From: Mytilus edulis
Taxonomy: Eukaryota
Direction: 5' to 3'
DNA length: 64,000 nucleotides
Assembly: GCF_963676685.1 (NCBI RefSeq)
Contig: NC_092345.1
Coordinates: 61,380,001-61,444,000 of the forward strand
The position numbers and the translations under genes were made by a program. The notes under the pieces were generated by a model. That model saw nothing but the letters and a program-made list of their open reading frames with translations, was not told where the DNA came from and made no database searches. Shown piece by piece: positions 12,330 to 23,600 of the stretch; position 1 is the stretch's first letter; each line of letters opens with the position of its first letter.

Positions 12330-15300
12330 ATGGATCCCAGTCATGTAGAACAACAAGAAGAGATTCAGCCCCAAGAAGGAGATGTCCCTGAACTATTAGA
12401 AAATCCGTCTAATACATCACAGTCAGATGAAACTCCCGAGGCTAGGCGAGTACGTGACCTCACGGAAAAAGGACAAGGGGCTTTCACTGAAAAACGTGAC
12501 AAGTTCTGTCAGGAACTAGAGGCTCTCTGGGCAGACATTGAATCCCAGTTATTGGAAGTAATAACGCCTCCTAACGATCTCCAGCAACTCCTAACAGTCC
12601 AGGACAAACTTGTTAAAGCCTGTAATAATTATCGTAGGCTCACAGATGAATACCTAGACTTTCTGAAAAGGACCCGAACATTGGAGAGTCAAAAAGAAAT
12701 TGATGCATGTAAACTCTCTTTGGATTTACGTCTGTCCAAAGTGGAGCTAGTTATGGAAAAACTACACGAGCATCGCCTCGCTCTAACAAAGGCCAAATCC
12801 ACTAAAACAAAGACCTCAAGGGGTAAGAAAACCTCTCACAGCGGTAGCTCTAACGTGTCAGACATGTCAAGCCTGGCACGGAGAAAGCGAGCCAAGGCAG
12901 AGGCTGCAAAGTCTAAGATAGCATTTGTCGAAAAACATGCCCTTATCCTACAACAGGAAGCAATGTTAGAAGAACAAGCCCTGTTCAGACAAAATGAAAT
13001 GGAACAGGAAGCAGCACGCAAAAAAGCTGAAATGGAACAGGAAGCAGCACACAAAAAGGCTGAAATGGAACAGGAAGCCAGTCGTAAACAGGCAGAAATG
13101 GAACAAGAAGTCGCTCAACGTAAACATGAGGCCGCACAGAGAACAGTTCAGCTAGAACAGGAGGCTGCTCACAGAAAAGTGCAATTAGAACAAGAGGCCG
13201 CTCACAGAAAAACGCAATTAGAACAAGAAGCTATGCGCAGGAAGGCTCAAATGCAACAAGAAGCCGCACGAGTAAGCCGGGAAAAGGCCGAGCTTAAAGC
13301 CAAATTTAACCTTATTGAAGCACAAAGAGAAGCTGCAGCCGCAGAAGCCGAGGCTCGTATCCTGGAATACGATGATAGCCAAGCGTATAGCGATCTCCCT
13401 GACGAAAAGGAAGACCCGCTCCAGCGTGTGCAAGATTTCGTCAATAAACTTCCTGTATCAACTGTTGTTAAGGAAGTAACAGGACCTCAAAAGAAAAAAC
13501 AAATTCCTGTTAAGATCGAGCTGAGTCACGAAGCACCAGCGTTCGTGCCATCCGTGGCATCGAACTTGCTGTCACAGACATCTGCCGTCTTGCCTTCCGA
13601 TAAGTCACCGGAAGTTACCTTTATCCCAGATCTGGGATTAGTAACCGGCATACAAAAACTAGGTCTTTCAGATGAGAGCCCTACTGAACACCAAAAACAG
13701 GGTGTTAAAGAAGCGATCCCTGTCTTACGCACAAAACAAGACGTTATAGAAGAGATCCCTGTTTCGCACAAAAAACAAGACGTAATAGAAGAGATCCCTG
13801 TTGCACACCAGCAACAAATCAACCTTACATCAGAGATAACTAGATTCCTCTTACGCAAGGACCTGCTTTTCTCCCGATTAACAAGCTTTAACGATCGGGC
13901 AGAATCCTTTCATACTTGGAAAGCAAGCTTCAAGAACGTGACTGATGAGTTACAAGTCTCTGACTCAGAACAGATCGATTTACTGATCAAGTGGCTCGGT
14001 CCAGAGTCTGCTAAACACGCCATTAGCATAAGAGCGTCGAACGCCAATAATCCTTCAATAGGTATACAGAGACTATGGAAGAGGCTTGACGAGCGGTATG
14101 GTGCTCCAGAAATGTTGGAAGCCTCTCTCATGAGTAAACTTGCCAAATTCCCTACATTGACGAATAAGGACAACGCACGTCTCTACGAACTATCAGAAAT
14201 AGAATATCACAAGGAAAATCCCAAGCTGGGATGTTTGCTAGCATACTTTGACTCTTCGTCCGGGATAAATCCAATTGTTGAAAAATTACCGTACGGACTC
14301 CAAGAAAAGTGGACAACGAGGGCTACAAGATACAAGTCTAAATATGAAGTTGCCTTTCCACCTTTCACAGAATTCTCTGCCTTCATCAGGGAAATAAGCA
14401 AAACAAAGAACGATCCTGGGTTCATCTTTGGGTCAAAAGTCACACCAAATACAAAAGGTGCTGCGCCAAGGTCTACGTCTTACCCTAAGACTAAAGTTGG
14501 TGCTCATAAAACAGCAGTTGAGCAGCAATCTGGTGAAGCCAGCAAACAAGGTCTTTGTATTCTGCACAATACAAAGCATTCCTTAAATGAATGTCGAGCG
14601 TTCCGAGCCAAGTCAATAGAGGAGCGCAAAGGTCTTTTGAAAGAAAACAATGTATGTTACAAGTGTTGTGATTCTACCACACACAGGAGCCGGGAATGCA
14701 ATGCACGCATAAGTTGTAAAGAATGTGGAAGTAAACAACACACTACCGCACTTCACATCACTAGACCACAGCAACCTGCAAGTTCTCAATCTAGCCCGCT
14801 TAAGCAAGCCTACGGCGGGGAGCCTATAGAATCGGCTGAAACTAAGGCAACCTCAGTTAACTCTACCTGTACTGAGATCTGCAAAGATACATATAGCGGG
14901 AAATCTTGTGCTAAAATACTGCCTGTGAATGTTTATCACAAAGATAACCAGGACAAAGTTATTCGCATGTACGCCATCATTGATGACCAAAGCAACCGGT
15001 CACTAGCATCGCCCGAATTCTTTAATCTTTTCGACGTCAAAAATAAACCGGAGAACTATACTTTATCAACATGCTCCGGCAAAGTAGTCACCTCCGGGAA
15101 AAGAGGAAGAGGTTTCATCATGGAATCAATCAACTGTAATGACAAGTTTGACCTTCCTGTACTGATTGAATGTGATCATATTCCAAATAATAGGGAAGAA
15201 ATACCTACTCCTGAAGTAACAATGCATCACCCTCATTTAAAAGAACTTAGGGGTAGCATTCCACCTATAGAGAAAAATTGGCAAATTCTTCTCTTAATTG

Positions 15301-18300
15301 GCAGAGACCTTATAGAGGCACACCATGTCCTCGACCAGCGCATAGGACCATCCAGAACTCCATATGCACAACAATTGAAACTTGGTTGGGTAGTGATAGG
15401 AGAAACCTGCATTAACAAGCAGCATGTTCCTCTTGAGTTAAATGTTAAAATAACCAACATTTTACCTACAGGACAACCTTCAACCTTTCAACCATGCACA
15501 AGCCAGTTTGACATCCGGGAAAACTACACAGACCCTGTAACGAAAGATTTACAATCGCCACTCTTTGAAAAAACAAGGGACGATGATAAGCCTGGACAGT
15601 CATATGAGGACAAAATGTTCATGAAACAGATGGACAACGAATTTGTCAGAGACTCGAAAGGAAGTTGGGTAGCACCGTTACCGTTCCGAGTGCCAAGACA
15701 GCCATTGCCAAGCAACAGACCCCAGGCTCTTCACCGTGCTAACATGTTAGACGCCAGTCTGAATAGAAACCCAGTGAAGCGGGAACATTTTCTTACTTTT
15801 ATGAGTAAAATCTTAGATAATAATCATGCAGAGCTCGCTCCACCATTGCACGAACATGAGGAGTGCTGGTATTTGCCATTGTTTGGTGTTTACCATCCGA
15901 AGAAACCCGATCAGATAAGAGGTGTGTTTGATTCTTCCGCCAAATGTAACGGAGTTTCACTTAACAGCGTCCTGCTTACAGGTCCAGACTTGACCAATGA
16001 TCTCTTGGGAGTATTGCTGCGTTTCAGGAAAGAAATGGTCGCAGTTACTGCAGACGTTCAACATATGTTTCACTGCTTTGTTGTCAGAAAAGACCACCGT
16101 AATTATCTGAGATTTTTATGGCATAAAGACAATGACCTACAGAAGAACCTTGTCGAATACCGCATGAGAGTTCATGTTTTCGGAAATAGTCCGTCACCTG
16201 CCGTTGCTACGCTTGGACTCAGAAAAGCAGCTCAAGCATCAGAACAAGAGTTTGGCAGTCACGTGACTAGCTTTGTTACAAGAGACTTCTATGTCGACGA
16301 CGGTCTAACGTCATGTCCTACTAAAGAGGAAGCTGTTAAGCTCATGAAGGATACACAGCAAGCATTAGCAAAATATGGAAACTTACGCCTTCACAAGTTT
16401 GCCTCTAATTGTGCGGAAGTTATGTCTGCATTTCATGCCAGTGATTTGGCTTCAAATCTTAAAGATCTAGACTTAGAATGCGACAGCAAACCCCTACAAC
16501 GTAGTCTTGGTCTCAGCTGGGACGTAAACACTGATAACGTCTTATTTCAATTATCATCAGAAAACAAACCGATCACTCGGAGAGGAATTTTATCAACGAT
16601 AAACAGTCTCTACGATCCTCTGGGATTTTTGGCTCCGGTGATTATACAAGGGAAACTCCTATTAAGGAAAATAGTATCAGAAACCGTCGATTGGGACCAA
16701 CCTCTCACTGATGAGACAGCAGATGAGTGGAAATCTTGGAGAGATACTCTTATTGCTATCGAAACATTGCGCATTCCACGTACCTACGTGCCGTATCTTA
16801 GCAAAACCACCACAAAAGAGTTACATGTCTTCTCTGATGCATCAGAAAAAGCCATAGCAGCTGTTGCATATCTACGCACGACCGATAGTAGTGGTGAACC
16901 AAACATAGGTTTCATTCTTGGGAAAGCTAAAGTTGCACCAACAAGTGGTCATACTATTCCACGCCTTGAACTATCTGCTGCAGTATTAGCAGTCGAGATA
17001 ACACAGACCATCATGGATAATTTAGATTTACATATAGACACCGTAAAATTCTACACAGACAGTAAAGTAGTCCTAGGCTACATCAGTAACGAGACAAGAA
17101 GGTTCTTTATCTATGTCGCCAATAGAGTAGAGAAAATAAGAAAATTTAGCTCTCCAAGTCAATGGAATTATGTACCAACTAACCGTAATCCCGCAGACTT
17201 GGGAACAAGGTCCGTACCTGCTCACGAAATTCATAGCAGCGAATGGTTATTAGGACCAAGACAACTTCTTTTCTCAGAACAAAAGAATTCTGAGGACATA
17301 TATCAGCTAATAGACCCAGAGGAAGATGGAGAAATACGTGCAACTGTTAATGTTGCAAAAACATTTGCCACACTTGAGCATAAAGGTATCGGAACTGATA
17401 GATTCAACAGATTCTCCAACTGGACATCACTTGTGCGAGCGATAGCCTTTTTGGAACGTTTCTCCCGTTTACACGGGTCTAAACAGACAGCACCAGTGAC
17501 TTCTCTGGAAGGCTTTTCGAATGCCGAAAATTTCATCTTAATATCTGCTCAATATGAAGTTTATGGAGATGAAATAGATTGCATTAAACGTCAGGAACAA
17601 ATTCATAAGCGGAGTCCGATAGCTAACCTTAATCCGTTTTTGGACAAACAAGGACTATTACGAGTAGGAGGCCGTATCGCCAAATCTGACTTAAACCTCC
17701 GTGAAAAGAAACCATTGATCGTCCCTGGACGCCATCATATAGCGACATTATTAGTTCGACACTACCACAACAAGATAAAACATCAAGGTCGCCATTTCAC
17801 AGATGGAGCGATTCGATCCGCAGGATTTTGGATCGTAGGAGCAAAACGCTTGATCTCATCTATTATTCACAAATGTGTGACATGCCGCAAACTCAGAGGA
17901 AAAACCGAGTATCAAATCATGTCTGATTTGCCAGAGGACCGTCTTGAACCTTCACCTCCGTTTACTAACGTTGGAATAGACACCTTTGGACCCTGGACAA
18001 TTGTTTCACGTAAAACACGTGGTGGATACGCTAACTCAAAGCGTTGGGCAATTTTATTCACATGCTTAGTGACAAGAGCTATTCACATCGAATTAATCGA
18101 GGAAATGAGTTCTTCAGCCTTCATAAACGCTGTCAGGAGATTCACCGCTATAAGAGGCCAAGTTAAGATTTTCCGATCTGACCGTGGAACGAACTTTATC
18201 GGCGCAATCGACGATTTAAAGATTGACTCAATCAACGTTGAAGATGGACCCTTCAATAACTTTCTGTATAATTCTGGTACAACTTGGATCTTCAATCCGC

Positions 18301-18902
18301 CGCATTCGTCCCACATGGGTGGAGCCTGGGAAAGAATGATTGGTATCACTAGGAGAATTCTTGATTCTATGCTTCTTAACGCAGCCGGAAGAAGCCTAAC
18401 ACATGACGTGCTCAACACACTAATGGCAGAAGTTTCAGCAATAGTGAACTCTAGACCTCTGGTACCGGTATCAACAGATCCAGAGAATCCGTTAATATTA
18501 ACTCCGGCTATGTTATTGGCGCAGAAAACCGACTACATTTTCACTTCAGACCATCTTGGGGAATTCGACAAACGAGATCTCTGTCTTGCCGAATGGAGAC
18601 GAGTACAGGCTCTAGCCAGTGTTTTCTGGTCCCGTTGGAGGAAGGAGTACCTGCCGTTACTACAACAACGACGAAAATGGACCGAAGATCGCCGTGATCT
18701 CATCGAAGGAGACGTCATTCTTCTAAAGGACAAAAACATTTGCCGTACGCAATGGCCCGTTGGAATTATAGTGAACTCTTTTAAAAGTTCAGACGAACAT
18801 GTCCGAAAAGCAGAAGTGCGAGTAATCGTTAATGGAAAAGCCACAACCTACACACGCCCTATCGTGGACATGATTCTTCTCATAGAGAACAAACCTGTGT
18901 AA
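12330..18902 (+). CDS. BEL/Pao Gag-Pol polyprotein, 2190 aa
   Basis: Uninterrupted ORF. Three Cys/His knuckles (CILHNTKHSLNEC, CYKCCDSTTHRSREC, CKECGSKQHTTALH; ~14557-14756); aspartic protease IIDDQS (~14980); RT FYVDD (~16290); RNase H VFSDAS...TIPRLEL; integrase H..H/CVTC with GIDTFGP, SDRGTNF, WERMI; PR-RT-RH-IN order typical of BEL/Pao; no env. Confidence 0.97.
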   Translation: MDPSHVEQQEEIQPQEGDVPELLENPSNTSQSDETPEARRVRDLTEKGQGAFTEKRDKFCQELEALWADIESQLLEVITPPNDLQQLLTVQDKLVKACNNYRRLTDEYLDFLKRTRTLESQKEIDACKLSLDLRLSKVELVMEKLHEHRLALTKAKSTKTKTSRGKKTSHSGSSNVSDMSSLARRKRAKAEAAKSKIAFVEKHALILQQEAMLEEQALFRQNEMEQEAARKKAEMEQEAAHKKAEMEQEASRKQAEMEQEVAQRKHEAAQRTVQLEQEAAHRKVQLEQEAAHRKTQLEQEAMRRKAQMQQEAARVSREKAELKAKFNLIEAQREAAAAEAEARILEYDDSQAYSDLPDEKEDPLQRVQDFVNKLPVSTVVKEVTGPQKKKQIPVKIELSHEAPAFVPSVASNLLSQTSAVLPSDKSPEVTFIPDLGLVTGIQKLGLSDESPTEHQKQGVKEAIPVLRTKQDVIEEIPVSHKKQDVIEEIPVAHQQQINLTSEITRFLLRKDLLFSRLTSFNDRAESFHTWKASFKNVTDELQVSDSEQIDLLIKWLGPESAKHAISIRASNANNPSIGIQRLWKRLDERYGAPEMLEASLMSKLAKFPTLTNKDNARLYELSEIEYHKENPKLGCLLAYFDSSSGINPIVEKLPYGLQEKWTTRATRYKSKYEVAFPPFTEFSAFIREISKTKNDPGFIFGSKVTPNTKGAAPRSTSYPKTKVGAHKTAVEQQSGEASKQGLCILHNTKHSLNECRAFRAKSIEERKGLLKENNVCYKCCDSTTHRSRECNARISCKECGSKQHTTALHITRPQQPASSQSSPLKQAYGGEPIESAETKATSVNSTCTEICKDTYSGKSCAKILPVNVYHKDNQDKVIRMYAIIDDQSNRSLASPEFFNLFDVKNKPENYTLSTCSGKVVTSGKRGRGFIMESINCNDKFDLPVLIECDHIPNNREEIPTPEVTMHHPHLKELRGSIPPIEKNWQILLLIGRDLIEAHHVLDQRIGPSRTPYAQQLKLGWVVIGETCINKQHVPLELNVKITNILPTGQPSTFQPCTSQFDIRENYTDPVTKDLQSPLFEKTRDDDKPGQSYEDKMFMKQMDNEFVRDSKGSWVAPLPFRVPRQPLPSNRPQALHRANMLDASLNRNPVKREHFLTFMSKILDNNHAELAPPLHEHEECWYLPLFGVYHPKKPDQIRGVFDSSAKCNGVSLNSVLLTGPDLTNDLLGVLLRFRKEMVAVTADVQHMFHCFVVRKDHRNYLRFLWHKDNDLQKNLVEYRMRVHVFGNSPSPAVATLGLRKAAQASEQEFGSHVTSFVTRDFYVDDGLTSCPTKEEAVKLMKDTQQALAKYGNLRLHKFASNCAEVMSAFHASDLASNLKDLDLECDSKPLQRSLGLSWDVNTDNVLFQLSSENKPITRRGILSTINSLYDPLGFLAPVIIQGKLLLRKIVSETVDWDQPLTDETADEWKSWRDTLIAIETLRIPRTYVPYLSKTTTKELHVFSDASEKAIAAVAYLRTTDSSGEPNIGFILGKAKVAPTSGHTIPRLELSAAVLAVEITQTIMDNLDLHIDTVKFYTDSKVVLGYISNETRRFFIYVANRVEKIRKFSSPSQWNYVPTNRNPADLGTRSVPAHEIHSSEWLLGPRQLLFSEQKNSEDIYQLIDPEEDGEIRATVNVAKTFATLEHKGIGTDRFNRFSNWTSLVRAIAFLERFSRLHGSKQTAPVTSLEGFSNAENFILISAQYEVYGDEIDCIKRQEQIHKRSPIANLNPFLDKQGLLRVGGRIAKSDLNLREKKPLIVPGRHHIATLLVRHYHNKIKHQGRHFTDGAIRSAGFWIVGAKRLISSIIHKCVTCRKLRGKTEYQIMSDLPEDRLEPSPPFTNVGIDTFGPWTIVSRKTRGGYANSKRWAILFTCLVTRAIHIELIEEMSSSAFINAVRRFTAIRGQVKIFRSDRGTNFIGAIDDLKIDSINVEDGPFNNFLYNSGTTWIFNPPHSSHMGGAWERMIGITRRILDSMLLNAAGRSLTHDVLNTLMAEVSAIVNSRPLVPVSTDPENPLILTPAMLLAQKTDYIFTSDHLGEFDKRDLCLAEWRRVQALASVFWSRWRKEYLPLLQQRRKWTEDRRDLIEGDVILLKDKNICRTQWPVGIIVNSFKSSDEHVRKAEVRVIVNGKATTYTRPIVDMILLIENKPV
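12996..13270 (+). repeat. Coding 33-nt (11-aa) tandem repeat in Gag
   Basis: EMEQEAARKKA / EMEQEAAHKKA / QLEQEAAHRKV-type units, about 8 copies. Confidence 0.9.
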
Positions 18903-18985
18903 TTATATGTATATATTTTGGATTAATATAGTGACATTCACATTTGGAATTATACTTTCTGGAATAGTGATATCAGGTAGATTTC

Positions 18986-18995
18986 AGACGGGGAG
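18986..18995 (+). promoter_or_regulatory. Polypurine tract
   Basis: AGACGGGGAG immediately before the 3' LTR start. Confidence 0.85.
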
Positions 18996-19561
18996 TATTC
19001 TGGATCACATACGCAACTGTATTTACTATAAAGTCTATTGGATTGAATTTTCAGACATTCATATTTTCCGGAAATAATCTGGACTTATCCGTATTTTCAC
19101 TACCGTTTACTTTCTCTTCCTCACCTGTCTATTGCAAATGGATGCCACGACAAATCTGCTCCTGTGGATATTGTGACAAATCACCGTCAAGTACGTTTCA
19201 AATCGATTATAAACTGTTAAATATATATACCGTTAATTCCGTTAACTTGAATTCCACGTTTATTCAACAAATACGAACTGTAATTGTTTATTTCTATGAA
19301 TTGACCTGAGAATTCTACTTTCGTTTTTGACTTGATATTATTATTGCATTGAACATTCATATATTTCTTTCGTACATATTGTAAAGTATTGTATTTTTAT
19401 TTCTTTCAGTTTACCAAACAATACACACTCTGTAAAAACTCCTGTACCAATTCTGGTGGAATTATAATCTACAATCTTCACACACAAGTTGTTATTCTTT
19501 ATAATTTGCCGAGATTGCGATACAGTCCCATGGTTATACTAGCTGAGTCAGGCTCAGCATA
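18996..19561 (+). repeat. 3' LTR (566 bp)
   Basis: Copy of 11624-12189, followed by TSD CCAAA. Confidence 0.95.
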
Positions 19562-20473
19562 CCAAATGATTTTTTTGTGCGAATTTTGTCACTTCGTCTG
19601 GCAAACCTTTTCAAAAGAAGATATCTGCATTATAACGTTCAGACGATATTCTCTATAAACCCATCCATAATTCTATTTTTTCAAATTATCAAAGATCTTG
19701 TTAAATATTTTTTAATGTGTCAAAAGAGAGATTTTTTTTTTAAATAATCCTGAAATTATTATTCTCTTTTTATTAGCTCCAATGATAATCCTTTGTGACT
19801 TTTTATATAATTTTGATTTTTATTTTGCTCATTATATTTATACAATCACAAAATGTCTTGTTGCACTTTATTTCTGCTAGTACAGTGTACACTTAAATGA
19901 ATAATTTTTTGGTGTAATATTTTATAATTCAGAACATTCCATGGAATTGGTTGGCTTTTAAATTCACCATTGTCTCTAAAAATATTTTTCGTGGCCGTGC
20001 TGTCTTAAAAAGTAAATACCGTTTAATTGGAGTTGTTCTGTTTGTATAAACAAATGTCGTTTAAGCATAGTTCGTTTCTTTCAATGGTATTTTTTTTAAT
20101 TGATAAAAAAGATAATTGTTCATTGATCCGTTTGATTGCAGTTTACACACGGTCAATTTGTTCAGTAGTAAAGATTTCATTATTTTTTTTTTCAATATAT
20201 TTTTTAGCAAAGCTTTCGTACGTTGCAGTTCTGTGTTACAAAAAAAGAAAAGATGTTTTGTAATAATTTTTAGACACATCTTGTTTCATGAATTCTTCAG
20301 AATTGAAGTGCGATTGAAGGTTTTTTACAGTATTTTTTGTTAACCCTTGTTTATATATTGACTGAATTTTTACCTCATCGAGGAAATATTTCACTTTATA
20401 CGGTCTGTACTATCTACGACAAAAACTTTTTTCTTGACGTCTTTTTTTTTTTGCATCAATTTTAATGCTTGCT

Positions 20474-20685
20474 TGATTTTTTTGTCCGTTGTGTTGTTTG
20501 TCACTGGTTGTATTGATTTTTTTGTCCGTTGTGTTGTTTGTAACTAGTTGTTTTGATTTTTTTGTCCGTTGTGTTATTTTTCACTGGTTGTATTGATTTT
20601 TTTGTCCGTTGTGTTGTTTGTCACTGGTTGTATTGATTTTTTTGTCCGTTGTGTTGTTTGTCACTGGTTGTATTGATTTTTTTGT
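20474..20685. repeat. 40-bp minisatellite, about 5 copies
   Basis: TGATTTTTTTGTCCGTTGTGTTGTTTGTCACTGGTTGTAT repeated in tandem. Confidence 0.92.
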
Positions 20686-23600
20686 TCTATTGACTGAGAG
20701 CGTTTGATTTTTTCAATTTCATTGACCATTTTTTTAAAATTTTCCTTGGAGTTCGAGTTTTGGTCATACTTTTTTCTTGACCTTTACTTAGATTAAAACT
20801 TCAAGTGACTTATAGGCCAATATTTCCATGCTTGAACTATATCGTTTTAAATTACACACTCAACTAATAAATCGCATGTTCTGCTCTAAACTTTTGTAAT
20901 TTTTGTGTGTCAGCTGAAGGAAATGTACTATAAAGAAAAAACAACACTTAAACGTAATATTTTGCACGAAGAAAACTTTGATGACGTCAATTGTTCCTCG
21001 ACTTTTCAAGGACATCACTGTGAAATCTATTCTGGCGCTTCGCTTGCATCTTGAGTCTCATTTAGATTGCAATTCACAAGTAATTGCTTTTGTTTTTAAA
21101 GGGGGAAACTCCCAATTATAATTCATCAGGTAAGAATTCTTTTTTTTATTGATTGAATTCATGTAAGATTTAAAAGATATTAAGAAATCATAAAAAAGGT
21201 ATTCTTCTGGTCTTTACATTTTGCAACTGTGTCAAAGAGGACGAAACACACTTACATGAATGAATAGTAAAAAAAATATTATTGAGGTTAATGAAATGTG
21301 CTTTATTAATTAAAAAAAACCACATATTTGAATTTTCAAATTTTGTACAGGTGTAAACGATTTACATGCAATATTGTGTACATGATATCAAATGTACGAG
21401 GTATTTTTTTAACATGTTAAAACTTGTTTATTTTTGTCATTGTACAAGACATAAAAGAGGGACGAAAGATACCAGAGGGACAGTAAAAACATAACATGTA
21501 CACTAGTTTTGTAATAGATTAAATAAATTGCAACGTGTACACGACATATACATTAGTATGTTCATGATATCTAATGTCTGAAATACATTGTATATCGAAA
21601 AATTATGAAGTATGTCAAAATTTGATAATAAGGCTAAGTTTACTCATAAATAAACTGATTATCGATGTCAGAATCCTAATTTTGAAGACGCGCGTTTATG
21701 CTTAAAAAAACTTCGTTAAGTAAGCATCATTACTAGAAATTAGACTTGCGGAAGTCTTTCTTGTGATTTTAAGATAAAGAACAGTAATATTAGCACTTTA
21801 ACTTTGGATTTTGTTTGGGTATTGTTGTTGTGTATGACTGAATTGGTGTTTTGGATAGATACCTAAAATCCTTTCTTTTTCTATTACATTTACGGAGGAG
21901 TATGTCTCTCGTGCTGTGCTAAAGTCATACAACGTTTCCTAGTGGTTGAGGTGTCCGTTTCTTTTGTTGAAGTTGCACAATGATCACCAGGCCTTTACCT
22001 TTCATTTTATAACCTAACTACCAAAATATATTCTATATAGAAATAAGAAGATGTGAGAATTATTAGGAAATGTTACAACCTTCAATAATGAGAAAACCAC
22101 ATACCGTGTGATCGGCTGTAGTAGTTTACATAATTTGATATTTGCAACTATGTGTGGGAACAATTTTGTTTTAAATTTGAACTACAATACAACGTTCTTT
22201 TTGACCGCGCCCGATTTTATTGTAATTCAAAGTCTATTCGAGTTATGTTGCAAAGAATTCAGTTCAAACTGGTGATAAGAGCCGTCATAACTTGCAGGTG
22301 GGTGAAGTTGGTAGTTTATTTTTGTCTGTGTTGAAGGCCTCACTGAGATCTTAAGTTGAAGACCAACAATTCAAGCGTTGTTCCGTTGCTTTTGTGTTTT
22401 TATGATTACAGTTATTGATTTTGTGTCATTAACGGATACCCAATTTCCTTTTGTGTTTTTTTTGGAAATCCTGTCATCATTGTCTTTCATTAAATGTATG
22501 CAATATTTTAATAAAGATATCATGTTTTCATCAGATTTGGTAAGAGTAACATTATTTCTTCTTTTAATTGAAAATCATGTAAAACTGTTTCATATCAGTA
22601 GACTTGCAAAATAAACACGAACAAATTTTTATAAAGTAACGACTATATATTAATGAATAAACATTGTAACCCGAAATTATTTTTTTTTTTTTATATAAAG
22701 ATGTCAATATTTCTTTTTTATTGGAACAATGAGGTTCAATTTGAAATCACTAATCTTTTTAACTTGTTGCATTATTGGCTACTTTTTTGAAAGGTCATTC
22801 GAACTGAGAGCATGGTATCATTGTAACATGGCTATTGAATATTGTAAAGATGTATACTGATCACTTACGACTTTATGGCTGTTGTTTTGTTTTTATATAC
22901 TGTCTCGTTTTACTTTGTTTTACTTGGTTGTTTATTGTTTGTTTAAACTTCCATTGCCACACACATTGTATATGTTTTATGACAATACAATTTAATTTGA
23001 ATATGACTGTATAACTTGTACAACAAACAGTTTCAATGTCATAAATAAAAGATGCAAAATGCGTTTGGTTCTTTTAATCAAAAATAATTTAATGGTATTA
23101 TAAATGCGAATATGCATGAAATATTCAACACTGATCGAAACCAAAACCATCCATCACCAATCTGATTATAGATCTGGGAAAATTAAATTGTGGTGCTTTC
23201 TGTTGAAGTCGGATAAAACAATGCAATTTATTCTCTGACAAAATATGTAGTAGAGGCTTTAGTGGCATAAAATGGCCCCAGATGTACAAAATAATAACAA
23301 ATTTAAACTGTGAAGATTTTTCTCCATGAATTGTTAGAATATGAGTCAATGATTATTTTTTATTGCACAAACATTGTTTAATGAAGTCATAATGAAAAGT
23401 GTACATGATGTAATGATTGGCGAACCCCCCCCCCCCAAAAAAAACCAACAAAAAATAAAAAAAAAAAACCAACAAAAAACCCAAAGGAAATAAATTGGGA
23501 TGGTTTTCTGCAATTTTATTCTTCTAACAAATTTATATAATACATTATTATGCCAAGACGGATATTACTTTTTTCAAAGTTTTTTTGTTGAAAATATGAA

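Larger units (their letters stand above)
11624..19561 (+). mobile_element. Full-length BEL/Pao LTR retrotransposon
   Basis: Two 566-bp LTRs offset by 7372 bp; TSD CCAAA at 11619-11623 and 19562-19566; single Gag-PR-RT-RH-IN ORF; PPT before the 3' LTR. Confidence 0.97.

Noticed and set aside
12836-18844. Several antisense ORFs within gag-pol
   Set aside because: Short shadows of the long sense ORF, with no motifs.
18903-18985. Possible env or extra ORF
   Set aside because: Only about 80 nt between the pol stop and the PPT.
20474-20685. Regular repeats resembling a CRISPR array
   Set aside because: Head-to-tail 40-mers without unique spacers, in eukaryotic context.
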